Shown here piece by piece: positions 40,161-49,113 of a stretch of DNA of 64,000 bases (position 1 is the stretch's first letter; every line of letters begins with the position of its first letter). The position numbers and the translations under genes were made by a program. The stretch is from IMG/VR virus record IMGVR_UViG_3300034682_000176, positions 124,001-188,000 of that record. One strand, given 5' to 3'. The notes under the pieces were generated by a model, which was not told the origin of the DNA, searched no databases, and saw only the letters and a list, made by a program, of their open reading frames with translations.

Positions 40161-40736
40161 ATGAATTTCAATACACCCAAGCTGCTGATGATCAACGTGT
40201 TTGCGTTTGATCCCAATGTGTTTACCGTGGTGCATCCAGAAGAAGCCGCGATGTTTCGTAACCACGGCTGGGCAACCATGTTGCTCAAGGATGTCGTTTA
40301 CCAGCAAGAAGGGGACAAGCTGCGCATTGCGGTCACCAAGTTCCGCGAGCCTGGTAAAGTCTCGACCTACGCCAAACCCAGCGAAGAAGGTCTCAAGGAA
40401 CTGGCACTGTCCAAGACCTTCTTGGAGTTTGAGCAAGCTTGCAAGAACTATTTCAGCACCGACAAGGCTGACGAAGACATTGTCCAAGTCTGGAAGAATC
40501 GCGAGCTCAGCGAGACACGCGCACGGGTGTTGGCAACTTTCCGCAAGGACAATGACTACCAACTGCCGGAAAACCACGAGTGGTTGGAAGTTGACCTGGG
40601 TGTCTTCGATCTGCGCGAGCAGTTGGAAGAATACTTGGATTTGGGGGAATACCCACTCACCGTAGATCTGGACAAAGCCTTCCAAGTCGATCGTGATTTG
40701 ATTGCCAACTTCATCCTGATCAAGCTGGCTAAGTAA
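40161..40736 (+). CDS. hypothetical protein
   Basis: SD aaggag before ATG 40161. Confidence 0.8.
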   Translation: MNFNTPKLLMINVFAFDPNVFTVVHPEEAAMFRNHGWATMLLKDVVYQQEGDKLRIAVTKFREPGKVSTYAKPSEEGLKELALSKTFLEFEQACKNYFSTDKADEDIVQVWKNRELSETRARVLATFRKDNDYQLPENHEWLEVDLGVFDLREQLEEYLDLGEYPLTVDLDKAFQVDRDLIANFILIKLAK

Positions 40737-40748
40737 TCAGCACCTGTG

Positions 40749-40795
40749 AAAAAACACCACCTCCGGCTTATGGCCAGGGTGGTGTTTTTTTTTTT
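40749..40795. terminator. bidirectional terminator
   Basis: aaaaaacaccacc / ggtggtgtttttt between convergent genes. Confidence 0.8.
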
Positions 40796-40796
40796 C

Positions 40797-42953
40797 TTAC
40801 AGACGGGACAAGGACGACAATACCGAGGCTGAGTCACCCAGGATGTTTTTCACCACCCCACCAAAGGGTACAGTGTTGACCGTCATGGCGGCAAAAGCAG
40901 CAGGGTCGGGGTTGACAATGGACTTGAGGTTCATCATCCGTTCAGCCAGCTTCAGGCGCAGCATGGGAATGCGGTACACCTGGGTATAAACGTCCACCGC
41001 TGCTACCGAGTTCAAGTAGGTTGTCAGTGGGCTGTCCGAGAAGTTGGGAGAGAGGTTGGCCATAGCCTTGGTGAGTACGCCATTGCTAGAGACATCCATC
41101 GACACAATCTCATCGAGGTTAGTCACCGACAGGTCCACGTCAATAGCGTTGGGGTGGCCGGCACGGGTGAATGCCAGGTTGGCTGTACCACGAGTCAGTT
41201 GTAGGGAAGAGATCATCCCCAGATGGATGTTGGAGCGGCCGCGGTCGAAACACTGGCAAAAGAACGGGGCTGCGTAAGACGACGCACCTGTGGAGCGAGG
41301 TAATGCGCCGGCCAAGAGCATCGACATGGGTAAGTAGATGTTGAACAGCTGGCTGTAGGCATTGCCGTACGGCGAGATCAGCTTGATTTTGTAGTTGGCT
41401 TGAGGGAGGGTGGCAGAAGACGACTCCCACACCTTTGGCATGGTCACGTTCACACCGTAGGCCAGCGCCAACAGTGGGTTGGCCAAACCAAACGAAGCGT
41501 TCGACAACAGCGTAGCGCCAGCATCAGCTGCCAACTTCATGGCGTCACCGATGATTGGCACTTCGGTAGCCGAAGACAACAGCGAGGTGATGTTACGGGC
41601 TTTGGCCGACAGCGAGTTGAAGGTGGACTCGATGGGGTTGGCACCGAAGGACGAAGAAAAGGACTCTCCGATAGAGCCGCTGTTCTCCACGTTGAAGACT
41701 GCAAAGGCTGCACCTTCCGATAGTTCTGCCAGTGCATACTCGGCATACTTTTTCAGGGAGTCGGCTTTCTTGTTGGCGTTGGACATCAGTTTGTTGTCCA
41801 GCGAGTCTTGCGGGTTGTTGGGGTCCAGCGAGACGTCGATGGGGTTGCCTTCATCGTCGGTGAACATAGGGTCGTAACCGATGATAGAGCTTTGGCTGAT
41901 GGTGTTTTCATCCAAGCTCTCCAGTTGGCTGTCCTTGCCACCCATCATGGTTTCATGGGCTTTCTTGAACAGCTTGTCGATGAAGGTCTTGCCACCCGAG
42001 GTGAGATTAGACTGGGTCAGGTTGGCAGTGATCTGATAGTCTTCCATGTCGGCTGTAGCGCCTTGAATGGACTCGGTGCTACCTTGGTCCAGCTCTTGGC
42101 GTTTGAGGCTGTTCAAGGCCGCCTGAGCACGCAGAGCAATGGCAAACACACTGATGCGACCTGTCTCAGGATCGACGATGTCTGGAATGTACGAGCTCAG
42201 CGATGCCACAAAGCTCTCACTGATACCTTGGGTGTTACCAACCGGCTGACCCAGCTTGTACGTATAGTCTTGCAAGATGTACGGCAGCATGGTGCGCCGT
42301 GACACCAACTGGTTCAAGGTGTTCTCCACCGTGGCCCAGTAGGTGTACATGGTCTCACGGATCGAATAGAACCGGGTGTTGGAGACCACCACACTCAAAG
42401 CAAACATCCCCACTGCCAACAGTGGAGCCGCTGCCACGGCAAAAATCTTGGCAACCAACCCAACTGCTTCCAAGAACGTGCTGGTGATGACGCCGCGTCC
42501 ATGCAAGATGGCTTTGTCAATATCAAAGCTCTTGTTGATCCACAGCGGCAGTGGGATGTACTGCGGCACACCAAAGCGGAAGAAGACACGCTGTTGGTTG
42601 TCATCGATGGCTTGGGAGTAGTACCCACCCATCCCCAATCCAACCGGATGGCTGGTGGTGCCAGGTGTGATGTCGGGGCGCTCATGGATGCGACCCTTGG
42701 AGCGAACATCACAGTAGCGAGTGAACTGTGGTTTAGGGTTGACCGCCATGCTCATGCCAGGCGATGTCGAGGAGAACTTGTTGTCGGCGGATGTCTTGTA
42801 GCGGTTCTTGCGAATCCAGGTTGCGTACTGTTGCATCTCACCGTTGTCTTGGATTTCCGACTCGGTGATGATGAAGGTGCTCTTGACCCAATCGCGGTCG
42901 AAGAACTCCCCTGGCTTGTCATTGATAGAGTTGCGAAACAGAAGTTCAGTCAT
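40797..42953 (-). CDS. phiKZ-like virion structural protein (718 aa)
   Basis: NP-PQFTRY-D, GMG-YYS-AIDD, FGVPQY, P-VW--S and L-SPYGN motifs; late-type promoter motif at 42981-42990. Confidence 0.7.
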   Translation of the reverse strand: MTELLFRNSINDKPGEFFDRDWVKSTFIITESEIQDNGEMQQYATWIRKNRYKTSADNKFSSTSPGMSMAVNPKPQFTRYCDVRSKGRIHERPDITPGTTSHPVGLGMGGYYSQAIDDNQQRVFFRFGVPQYIPLPLWINKSFDIDKAILHGRGVITSTFLEAVGLVAKIFAVAAAPLLAVGMFALSVVVSNTRFYSIRETMYTYWATVENTLNQLVSRRTMLPYILQDYTYKLGQPVGNTQGISESFVASLSSYIPDIVDPETGRISVFAIALRAQAALNSLKRQELDQGSTESIQGATADMEDYQITANLTQSNLTSGGKTFIDKLFKKAHETMMGGKDSQLESLDENTISQSSIIGYDPMFTDDEGNPIDVSLDPNNPQDSLDNKLMSNANKKADSLKKYAEYALAELSEGAAFAVFNVENSGSIGESFSSSFGANPIESTFNSLSAKARNITSLLSSATEVPIIGDAMKLAADAGATLLSNASFGLANPLLALAYGVNVTMPKVWESSSATLPQANYKIKLISPYGNAYSQLFNIYLPMSMLLAGALPRSTGASSYAAPFFCQCFDRGRSNIHLGMISSLQLTRGTANLAFTRAGHPNAIDVDLSVTNLDEIVSMDVSSNGVLTKAMANLSPNFSDSPLTTYLNSVAAVDVYTQVYRIPMLRLKLAERMMNLKSIVNPDPAAFAAMTVNTVPFGGVVKNILGDSASVLSSLSRL

Positions 42954-42990
42954 GTCGTCACCATCTCCAGGTGTATGTAATCAAAAAATC

Positions 42991-43705
42991 CGGCTTAGGT
43001 CCAGTCTCCTAGGATTACGTTTGGTCGTGTTCTACCTCTCTATCATTTATCTTCGAGTAAGATCTTACGAATTTCACTGATGGTATGGTAAGTACACTAC
43101 GGCCCTCCTAGGTGTAGATCAGAAGAAAACAAGAAAAAGAAAAAGAAAAAGAAAGAACAGCGTAAGAGCCCTCCCGCCAATCGAGAGAGCCCACCCGTAA
43201 CGTAAACGCCTCTAAGGGGCTAAAGCCCCTTAGAGCTATATTTTCCAATAAGAACGCAAATACTTTTATCGATTCAAAAAAGCGTAAAAGTGACGACAAA
43301 AGTGACAGTTTCTGCGACATAGCGTTAGACAGTGAATAAGACCGTTTGAGAGCCATCTCCACTCCAGTACACGCTTTTGTGTACTGGAGTGGATGAGCTT
43401 CTTTACACAGACAAACAACCATCAAAGAAAAGAAACAAAGAAAGCTAGGACGATAGTCCAAAGCGGTATTAACAGCGTGTTATGGGCGCGCCGCGCGGCG
43501 CTCGCGGTTGTCTCCTATGGTGCCAAATGGCATTTTGTTAGCAAGTGACATCCTGTGTTTATCTTCACAGACAGTTGCAAAAAAGACCTTCCAGGACTTG
43601 CTGCAAGATGCCTGTGACAGCTGGTAGACACATCGCTTTTTGTTTCGTTGTGGTTTGCTTTTGGGTGATGCCAAGTGTGGACCATCTTTACCTTGTTAGA
43701 ACAGA
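42991..43705. other. large divergent intergenic region with perfect hairpins and purine tracts (possible replication origin)
   Basis: see findings. Confidence 0.4.
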
Positions 43706-46138
43706 ATGACAACCTTGAACCCCCAACCCATCAGCCAAGATGTCTTGGCAGAGAAGTACCTGGCCGCAGGTGAAACCACTGCCGAAGATCTGTTCCGTCG
43801 TGTGAGTCGCGCACTGGCTGCTCAAGAAAATCCAGCAATCCAAGCTGAGTGGGAAGAGCGCTTTTTCAAGAACATGCAAACTGGTGCTATCGGTGCTGGT
43901 CGCATCATGGCCGCTGCTGGGTTGGACACCAAAGCCACGCTGATCAACTGCTTTGTGCAGCCTGTGGCTGATGCCACCAACGGCTACGACGAAGATGGCA
44001 ACCCTGGCATCTACGTGGCCCTGGCACAAGCAGCCGAGACCATGCGCCGCGGTGGTGGTGTGGGGTACGACTTCTCCAACCTGCGTCCCAAGAACTCCAT
44101 GGTCAAGGGCACCAACTCGTTCGCCTCGGGTCCCTGCTCGTTCATCAACGTGTTCGACGCTTCGTGCACAACGGTGGAATCGGCCGGCGCGCGCCGTGGT
44201 GCCCAAATGGGTGTACTGCGCATCGACCATCCAGACATCTTGGATTTCATCACCGCCAAGCGTGAAAAGGGTCGCTGGAATAACTTCAACGTCTCGGTGG
44301 GTGTGACCACGGCTTTCATGCAGGCTGTGGAAAACAACCAGTCCTGGGATCTGGTGCATCCGGCTGAGCCTTCGCAAGGCCAAAAGGACGGCGGCGCTTA
44401 CCAACGTGAAGACGGCGTGTGGGTGTACCGCACTGTGCAAGCGCAGGATCTGTGGAAGACCATCATGAAGTCGGCCTACGATTTCGCTGAGCCCGGCATC
44501 CTGTTCCTGGACAACATCAACGACGACAACAACCTGCACTACGCCGAGAAGATTGCTGCCACGAATCCTTGCGGTGAGCAACCCCTGCCTGCGTACGGCT
44601 GCTGTGACCTGGGTCCGATCATTCTGACCAAGTTCGTTCGCCATCCCTTCACCCCTGAAGCTTACTTTGACTCCAAGGCCTTCGTCGAGGCTGTTGGTAT
44701 CCAAGTGCGCATGCTGGACAACGTGCTCGATGCCACCGTCTGGCCACTGCCAGAGCAGCACCGCGAATCGCAAAGCAAGCGTCGCATTGGTGTGGGCTTT
44801 ACCGGTCTGGGTGACACCCTGATCATGCTGGGTCTGAAGTACAACAGCCCGGAAGGTGTGAGCATGGGTGAGTTGATCGCGTGTCAAATGCGCGATGCGG
44901 CTTACACAGCTTCGGTACAACTGGCCGTCGAAAAGGGTCCCTTCCCGCTGTTCAATGCTGACCAGTATCTGGAAAGCGGTTTCACCAAGCGCCTGCCAGA
45001 AGAAATCCGTGATTCGATCCGTAAGTACGGTATCCGCAACAGCCACCTGTTGTCGATCGCTCCTACTGGCACGGTGTCGCTGGCTTTTGCTGACAACGCC
45101 TCCAACGGCATTGAACCACCCTTCTCGTGGACCTACAACCGCAAGAAGCGTACCGTCGACGGCGGCAGTGCCCACTACACCGTGGAAGACCACGCCTACC
45201 GTGTTTTCAAGTCCATGTTTGGTGAGGATGCGCCTCTGCCCGAGAGCTTCGTCAGCGCCATGGACATGACTGCCACCGAACACGTCGCCATGATGCGTGC
45301 CGTGCAGCCGTACATCGATACGGCCATCTCCAAGACCGTGAATGTGCCTGCGGACTACCCGTTCGAGGACTTCATGAACCTGTACATGGAAAGCTGGAAG
45401 GCCGGCCTCAAGGGTTGTGCGACGTACCGTCCCAACGACACGCTGGGTGCTGTGCTGTCCGTGCAAGAACCTGCCAAGCCTGCTGAAACGCCAGCGGCTC
45501 CTGCTCCTGCTCCAACACCCGTGGCTGCTACCCCAACCCCCGTGGCTGCTGCTGTGGGTTCGTTGATGGTGGAACGTCGCCCTGAAGGTCCTCTGGACGC
45601 GGTGGTGGACAAGATCGAGTACTACGCCCATGACGGCGCACGTCGCTTGTACCTGGTGGTGAGCTTCATGAACGTCAACGGTGTGGAACGTCCGATCGAG
45701 TTCTTCATGCCTGTCGGCCAGACTGGTGAAAGCCAGCAATGGATCACCGCGGCCATGCGTTCGCTGTCGTTGGCTGCCCGTGGTGGTTTCCTGGAGAAAG
45801 CTCTGGAAGACCTGCGCAAGGTGGCTTGGGACCGCGGCGCCATCCGTTACGGTTGGCACACCAAGGACGACGGCTCGCGCGTGCCTCTGTGGCATGAAAG
45901 CGAAGTTGCTCTGATGGCCTATGCCATCCAATCCATCATCAAGTCCCGTGCCGAGCAATCGGTCGAGCACATCTACCAAACCGGAAAGGGCGTCACTGCC
46001 TATGCCGATAGTGTCCTCAAGGACGTACAACAAAAGGCCACTGGCAAGAAGTGTCCAGACTGCGGTGCGCCATCCCTGATCAAGAAAGATGGCTGCACGT
46101 TCTGCGAATCCTGCGGCTACCTGGGTAGCTGCGGCTAA
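43706..46138 (+). CDS. nrdJ: adenosylcobalamin-dependent (class II) ribonucleotide reductase
   Basis: TLINCFV, GGGVG-DFS-LRP, RRGAQM, NPCGEQPL, IAPTGT and C-terminal CxxC...CxxC...C; no nrdB next to it. Confidence 0.9.
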   Translation: MTTLNPQPISQDVLAEKYLAAGETTAEDLFRRVSRALAAQENPAIQAEWEERFFKNMQTGAIGAGRIMAAAGLDTKATLINCFVQPVADATNGYDEDGNPGIYVALAQAAETMRRGGGVGYDFSNLRPKNSMVKGTNSFASGPCSFINVFDASCTTVESAGARRGAQMGVLRIDHPDILDFITAKREKGRWNNFNVSVGVTTAFMQAVENNQSWDLVHPAEPSQGQKDGGAYQREDGVWVYRTVQAQDLWKTIMKSAYDFAEPGILFLDNINDDNNLHYAEKIAATNPCGEQPLPAYGCCDLGPIILTKFVRHPFTPEAYFDSKAFVEAVGIQVRMLDNVLDATVWPLPEQHRESQSKRRIGVGFTGLGDTLIMLGLKYNSPEGVSMGELIACQMRDAAYTASVQLAVEKGPFPLFNADQYLESGFTKRLPEEIRDSIRKYGIRNSHLLSIAPTGTVSLAFADNASNGIEPPFSWTYNRKKRTVDGGSAHYTVEDHAYRVFKSMFGEDAPLPESFVSAMDMTATEHVAMMRAVQPYIDTAISKTVNVPADYPFEDFMNLYMESWKAGLKGCATYRPNDTLGAVLSVQEPAKPAETPAAPAPAPTPVAATPTPVAAAVGSLMVERRPEGPLDAVVDKIEYYAHDGARRLYLVVSFMNVNGVERPIEFFMPVGQTGESQQWITAAMRSLSLAARGGFLEKALEDLRKVAWDRGAIRYGWHTKDDGSRVPLWHESEVALMAYAIQSIIKSRAEQSVEHIYQTGKGVTAYADSVLKDVQQKATGKKCPDCGAPSLIKKDGCTFCESCGYLGSCG

Positions 46139-46154
46139 GCCCATAACCTAGAAT

Positions 46155-46199
46155 GACACAGACCACCTGGATTACCTCCGGTGGTCTGTGTCTTCTTTC
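46155..46199 (+). terminator. intrinsic terminator
   Basis: gacacagaccacc / ggtggtctgtgtc plus T-rich tail. Confidence 0.75.
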
Positions 46200-46443
46200 T
46201 GTTGTGATTAAAAATATTTCTTTGAGATTATAGAGTGGTCGCGCTGTTACATCTACACAGAACTTCAACCAGCGAATAGACCGTTTTTGACTGCAGAGTC
46301 ACGCTGGTATAGAAAGAGAATAAAAAGCGCGTGGAGGTGTGTTAAAACACCTGCAAGCATGATTCTTTACTCTCCTCTAAGAACTGGTTACGATGCTGCG
46401 CATGTCTTGAGCTATCAACTGCCAAACGCAAGGAGAGTAAGAA

Positions 46444-46818
46444 ATGGAGAGCGTGATCAGTGCGAAAGTGAAAAAGGCGATAGAACTGTTCGATGGGTTT
46501 GACCTTCACAACCGTGACGACCAAATCGATCTGATGGCAGCGGTGACGTTCTTGCGATTGAAAGATCCAGAACGTGTGAAACCGCTGATGATGGTGGGTG
46601 CTCGGCTGTACGCTGCTTATTTCAATGCCCGGTTGGAAAAGCTTTCGGTCAAACCCGAAGACAATAGCGATTACGCCAATTGTCTGCGCAAGTCGTTTGC
46701 CGAGCAAGACATCGGTCAAGCCAACCAAGTCTTGACAGATATGTTGAGACCACCCAAACCGACTTGGGGTCAGCTGATAGCTAAACCAACAATGTTTAGC
46801 GTGTGGCTGAATAGCTAA
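46444..46818 (+). CDS. hypothetical protein (124 aa)
   Basis: SD aaggag. Confidence 0.75.
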   Translation: MESVISAKVKKAIELFDGFDLHNRDDQIDLMAAVTFLRLKDPERVKPLMMVGARLYAAYFNARLEKLSVKPEDNSDYANCLRKSFAEQDIGQANQVLTDMLRPPKPTWGQLIAKPTMFSVWLNS

Positions 46819-46828
46819 GGAGTCTGTT

Positions 46829-47179
46829 ATGCACACCCCTGCCTACCAATGTGCGATGGCTCAGCTGAACCAGCTGGACCCTTCCAACATCGAAGACCTG
46901 TACCAGATGGTAGCGGCGTGTGTAGCAATCGGTCTGACTCACCCTCAGAAATCGATGATCTTAACCGGCATTACCGGTGTGTATATCGAGATAATGCGTC
47001 AACGCCGTGTCTACCGCTGGCACGGTGGGTCGTTTGGTGTCCACATCAACTACATCAAACTGCTTGAGCGCATCCACGACCGCATCGACCAAGATGCCGT
47101 GATTCGTCGTGTCCCGATGATGCGCCGGGCTATGGAACGCATCCAGTTCTTTAAGTCCCTTGATGACGATTTCACGTGA
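46829..47179 (+). CDS. hypothetical protein (116 aa)
   Basis: SD aaggag. Confidence 0.75.
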   Translation: MHTPAYQCAMAQLNQLDPSNIEDLYQMVAACVAIGLTHPQKSMILTGITGVYIEIMRQRRVYRWHGGSFGVHINYIKLLERIHDRIDQDAVIRRVPMMRRAMERIQFFKSLDDDFT

Positions 47180-47183
47180 AACA

Positions 47184-47229
47184 TCTCTCTACAGATGGCT
47201 TTGGCTGTCTGTAGAGAGGTATATTTTTT
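47184..47229 (+). terminator. intrinsic terminator
   Basis: ctctctacagatggc-tttg-gctgtctgtagagag plus T-run. Confidence 0.75.
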
Positions 47230-47317
47230 ACAAAACTGTGAGGACACCGCATCCTTTAAGTTTAGATGTGGGTATACCACACCTGTGTTTGTAACCGTTC
47301 GTAAAAGGAAAGTCATA

Positions 47318-47740
47318 ATGACTAAGTTCCGTGTTTGGCTGTACTCGTTGTTTGAGCCTGTCCTGCTCAACTTTCTGATGCTGACCTTTCCTGGTGTCCG
47401 CCAGGATACGGTCCACTCTCTGATCACAGGGGCATCGGAAGAGCCTGAGCAAAAACCACGTGGTGGTGATTTGCAATCGATCTACAACAACGCTCGCAAT
47501 CCGCAAGCGTCGTTTCGGATCTTTCACCTGCGGGTCAAGTACTTTGGATGGGATATCAACCACGCGTTGAAAACACCGGATCGCAAAGATGAGATCCGTG
47601 TGGCTGGGTACGTCTACAATCTGCGGGAAATTTTCAACAACGCTCCCATGAAGAAGATCAGCTACCACACGTTCCACCGACGTGTGACTCAACAAGGCTG
47701 GGACCCTCGTAAGGCGTTGGAAACTCCTCCAAACAAGTAA
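47318..47740 (+). CDS. HTH-like repeat protein (2 repeats)
   Basis: SD aagga; F-LRV--FGWD--HALKTP and FHRRV---GWD--KALETP. Confidence 0.8.
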   Translation: MTKFRVWLYSLFEPVLLNFLMLTFPGVRQDTVHSLITGASEEPEQKPRGGDLQSIYNNARNPQASFRIFHLRVKYFGWDINHALKTPDRKDEIRVAGYVYNLREIFNNAPMKKISYHTFHRRVTQQGWDPRKALETPPNK

Positions 47741-47901
47741 ACCACGTTTGTGGCTGTATAGACCATGAAAACCTTGAGTGTCCAGCCATCACCACCGCCT
47801 CCCGATATGGGTAGGCGGTGGTGATATTTGTTTCATAGGTCTTTATATGCGGTGACTGTCTAACGCTGTACAGACCCCTTTTCCACTTTTGAAAGATTGT
47901 T

Positions 47902-48651
47902 ATGCTAGACTTTTTCTCCTTCTCCAAGTTCTTGACGATCTTGAACCTGTGTGCAGCTTTGCTGATTGGTGTTGCCATCGGTGTTTACATTGGTTACCAC
48001 AATGGTCGGCGGTCTCGCAACCATTACGTCGAGAAAGCTTACCGTTACGCCACTGCGGTTGAAGAGTTCAGTCAGTGGTGTGCGCATATGCACCCAGCAT
48101 ACCGTTTGATTGCACGCCAGCTGCGTGCGGTCGGTGAAGGCGAAGCACTCAACGCTGGTTCTCCAGCTGGCTCTGAACCCTGCACTGTGAGTGGTTTGCG
48201 AACACAATTGGAACGCTTGGCCAATCTGTCCAAGAACCCTGAATACATGATCAATGAAGCTTTGCAGAAACTACGCTTCAAGATCGAAGGCATGCAAGAC
48301 CAACGCAAAAACAAGCGTGGTGGTGGAATCGATGCCGGCAGCGCCGTGATCACCAAAACCGACGTGCAAGACGCCATCACATCTGTGGCGCAAGAGCTGT
48401 TCATCAACCGCATGATCGACCAACACACTGCAGCTGAATTGGCTATCCCACAAGACCAGCTGCACCGCTTTGACGCTTTGACCCTACTCAAGCGCAAGGT
48501 CGAACGTCGCACTGGTCAAAACTTCAACTTCATGGGTAAGCGAACTACTTATATTGCTAAGGACCAAGTGTTGGAGCTGATTGATGATGCGCTGGACCAC
48601 GCCAGCTTCAAGCAACCGCAAAATCAGCAAGGTGTGACCCACTCTTCGTAA
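47902..48651 (+). CDS. membrane-anchored hypothetical protein (249 aa)
   Basis: N-terminal TM segment LNLCAALLIGVAIGVYIG. Confidence 0.7.
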   Translation: MLDFFSFSKFLTILNLCAALLIGVAIGVYIGYHNGRRSRNHYVEKAYRYATAVEEFSQWCAHMHPAYRLIARQLRAVGEGEALNAGSPAGSEPCTVSGLRTQLERLANLSKNPEYMINEALQKLRFKIEGMQDQRKNKRGGGIDAGSAVITKTDVQDAITSVAQELFINRMIDQHTAAELAIPQDQLHRFDALTLLKRKVERRTGQNFNFMGKRTTYIAKDQVLELIDDALDHASFKQPQNQQGVTHSS

Positions 48652-48719
48652 AAATTAAATACATTTGCATATTCTGCGAAGAGCAAAACTGCTCCAACCA
48701 TCCACAAGAAGAACACTTC

Positions 48720-48989
48720 ATGAACGAACTGTTTTACCTCATTACCATCGCCTTGATTGTTCGGCTCACGCCAAGCAACGGTGTTGTGGGACTCATCTGC
48801 GACAACCGTGCAGAGTCGTTCAGCTTGCTGCCACAAACTCCCTTTGTGGAGTACGGCATGCAGCAGACTTTCTGCACTTTGTACAACCTTACCCGCTCCC
48901 GTTTTTCGCTTGTCAAAAAGCTTCTTCCTACCAATCTGGGTGATACCGACGCCTCGAAGTCACGAAAGTGTCTTGTGTACGTTTGTTAG
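48720..48989 (+). CDS. possible small protein (89 aa)
   Basis: ORF filling the gap before a convergent terminator; weak SD. Confidence 0.35.
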   Translation: MNELFYLITIALIVRLTPSNGVVGLICDNRAESFSLLPQTPFVEYGMQQTFCTLYNLTRSRFSLVKKLLPTNLGDTDASKSRKCLVYVC

Positions 48990-49113
48990 TTATCTTACAC
49001 CACCACCGTCCAATGTACCCCGTCCATTTCGTGTAAATTGCGAGGACGCACAGTGCTGCACCACCATCCGCTCCTGGAGGGCGGATGGTGGGCAGACTGG
49101 TTTATGCTTTACT

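Noticed and set aside
43510-43700. Possible cobalamin riboswitch upstream of nrdJ
   Set aside because: The B12-box and GCCACTG/GGGAAG consensus elements are not present.
43108-43712. Short minus-strand ORFs (43108-43461, 43480-43674, 43515-43712)
   Set aside because: Low-complexity translations of repeats and hairpins, atypical codon use, no SD.
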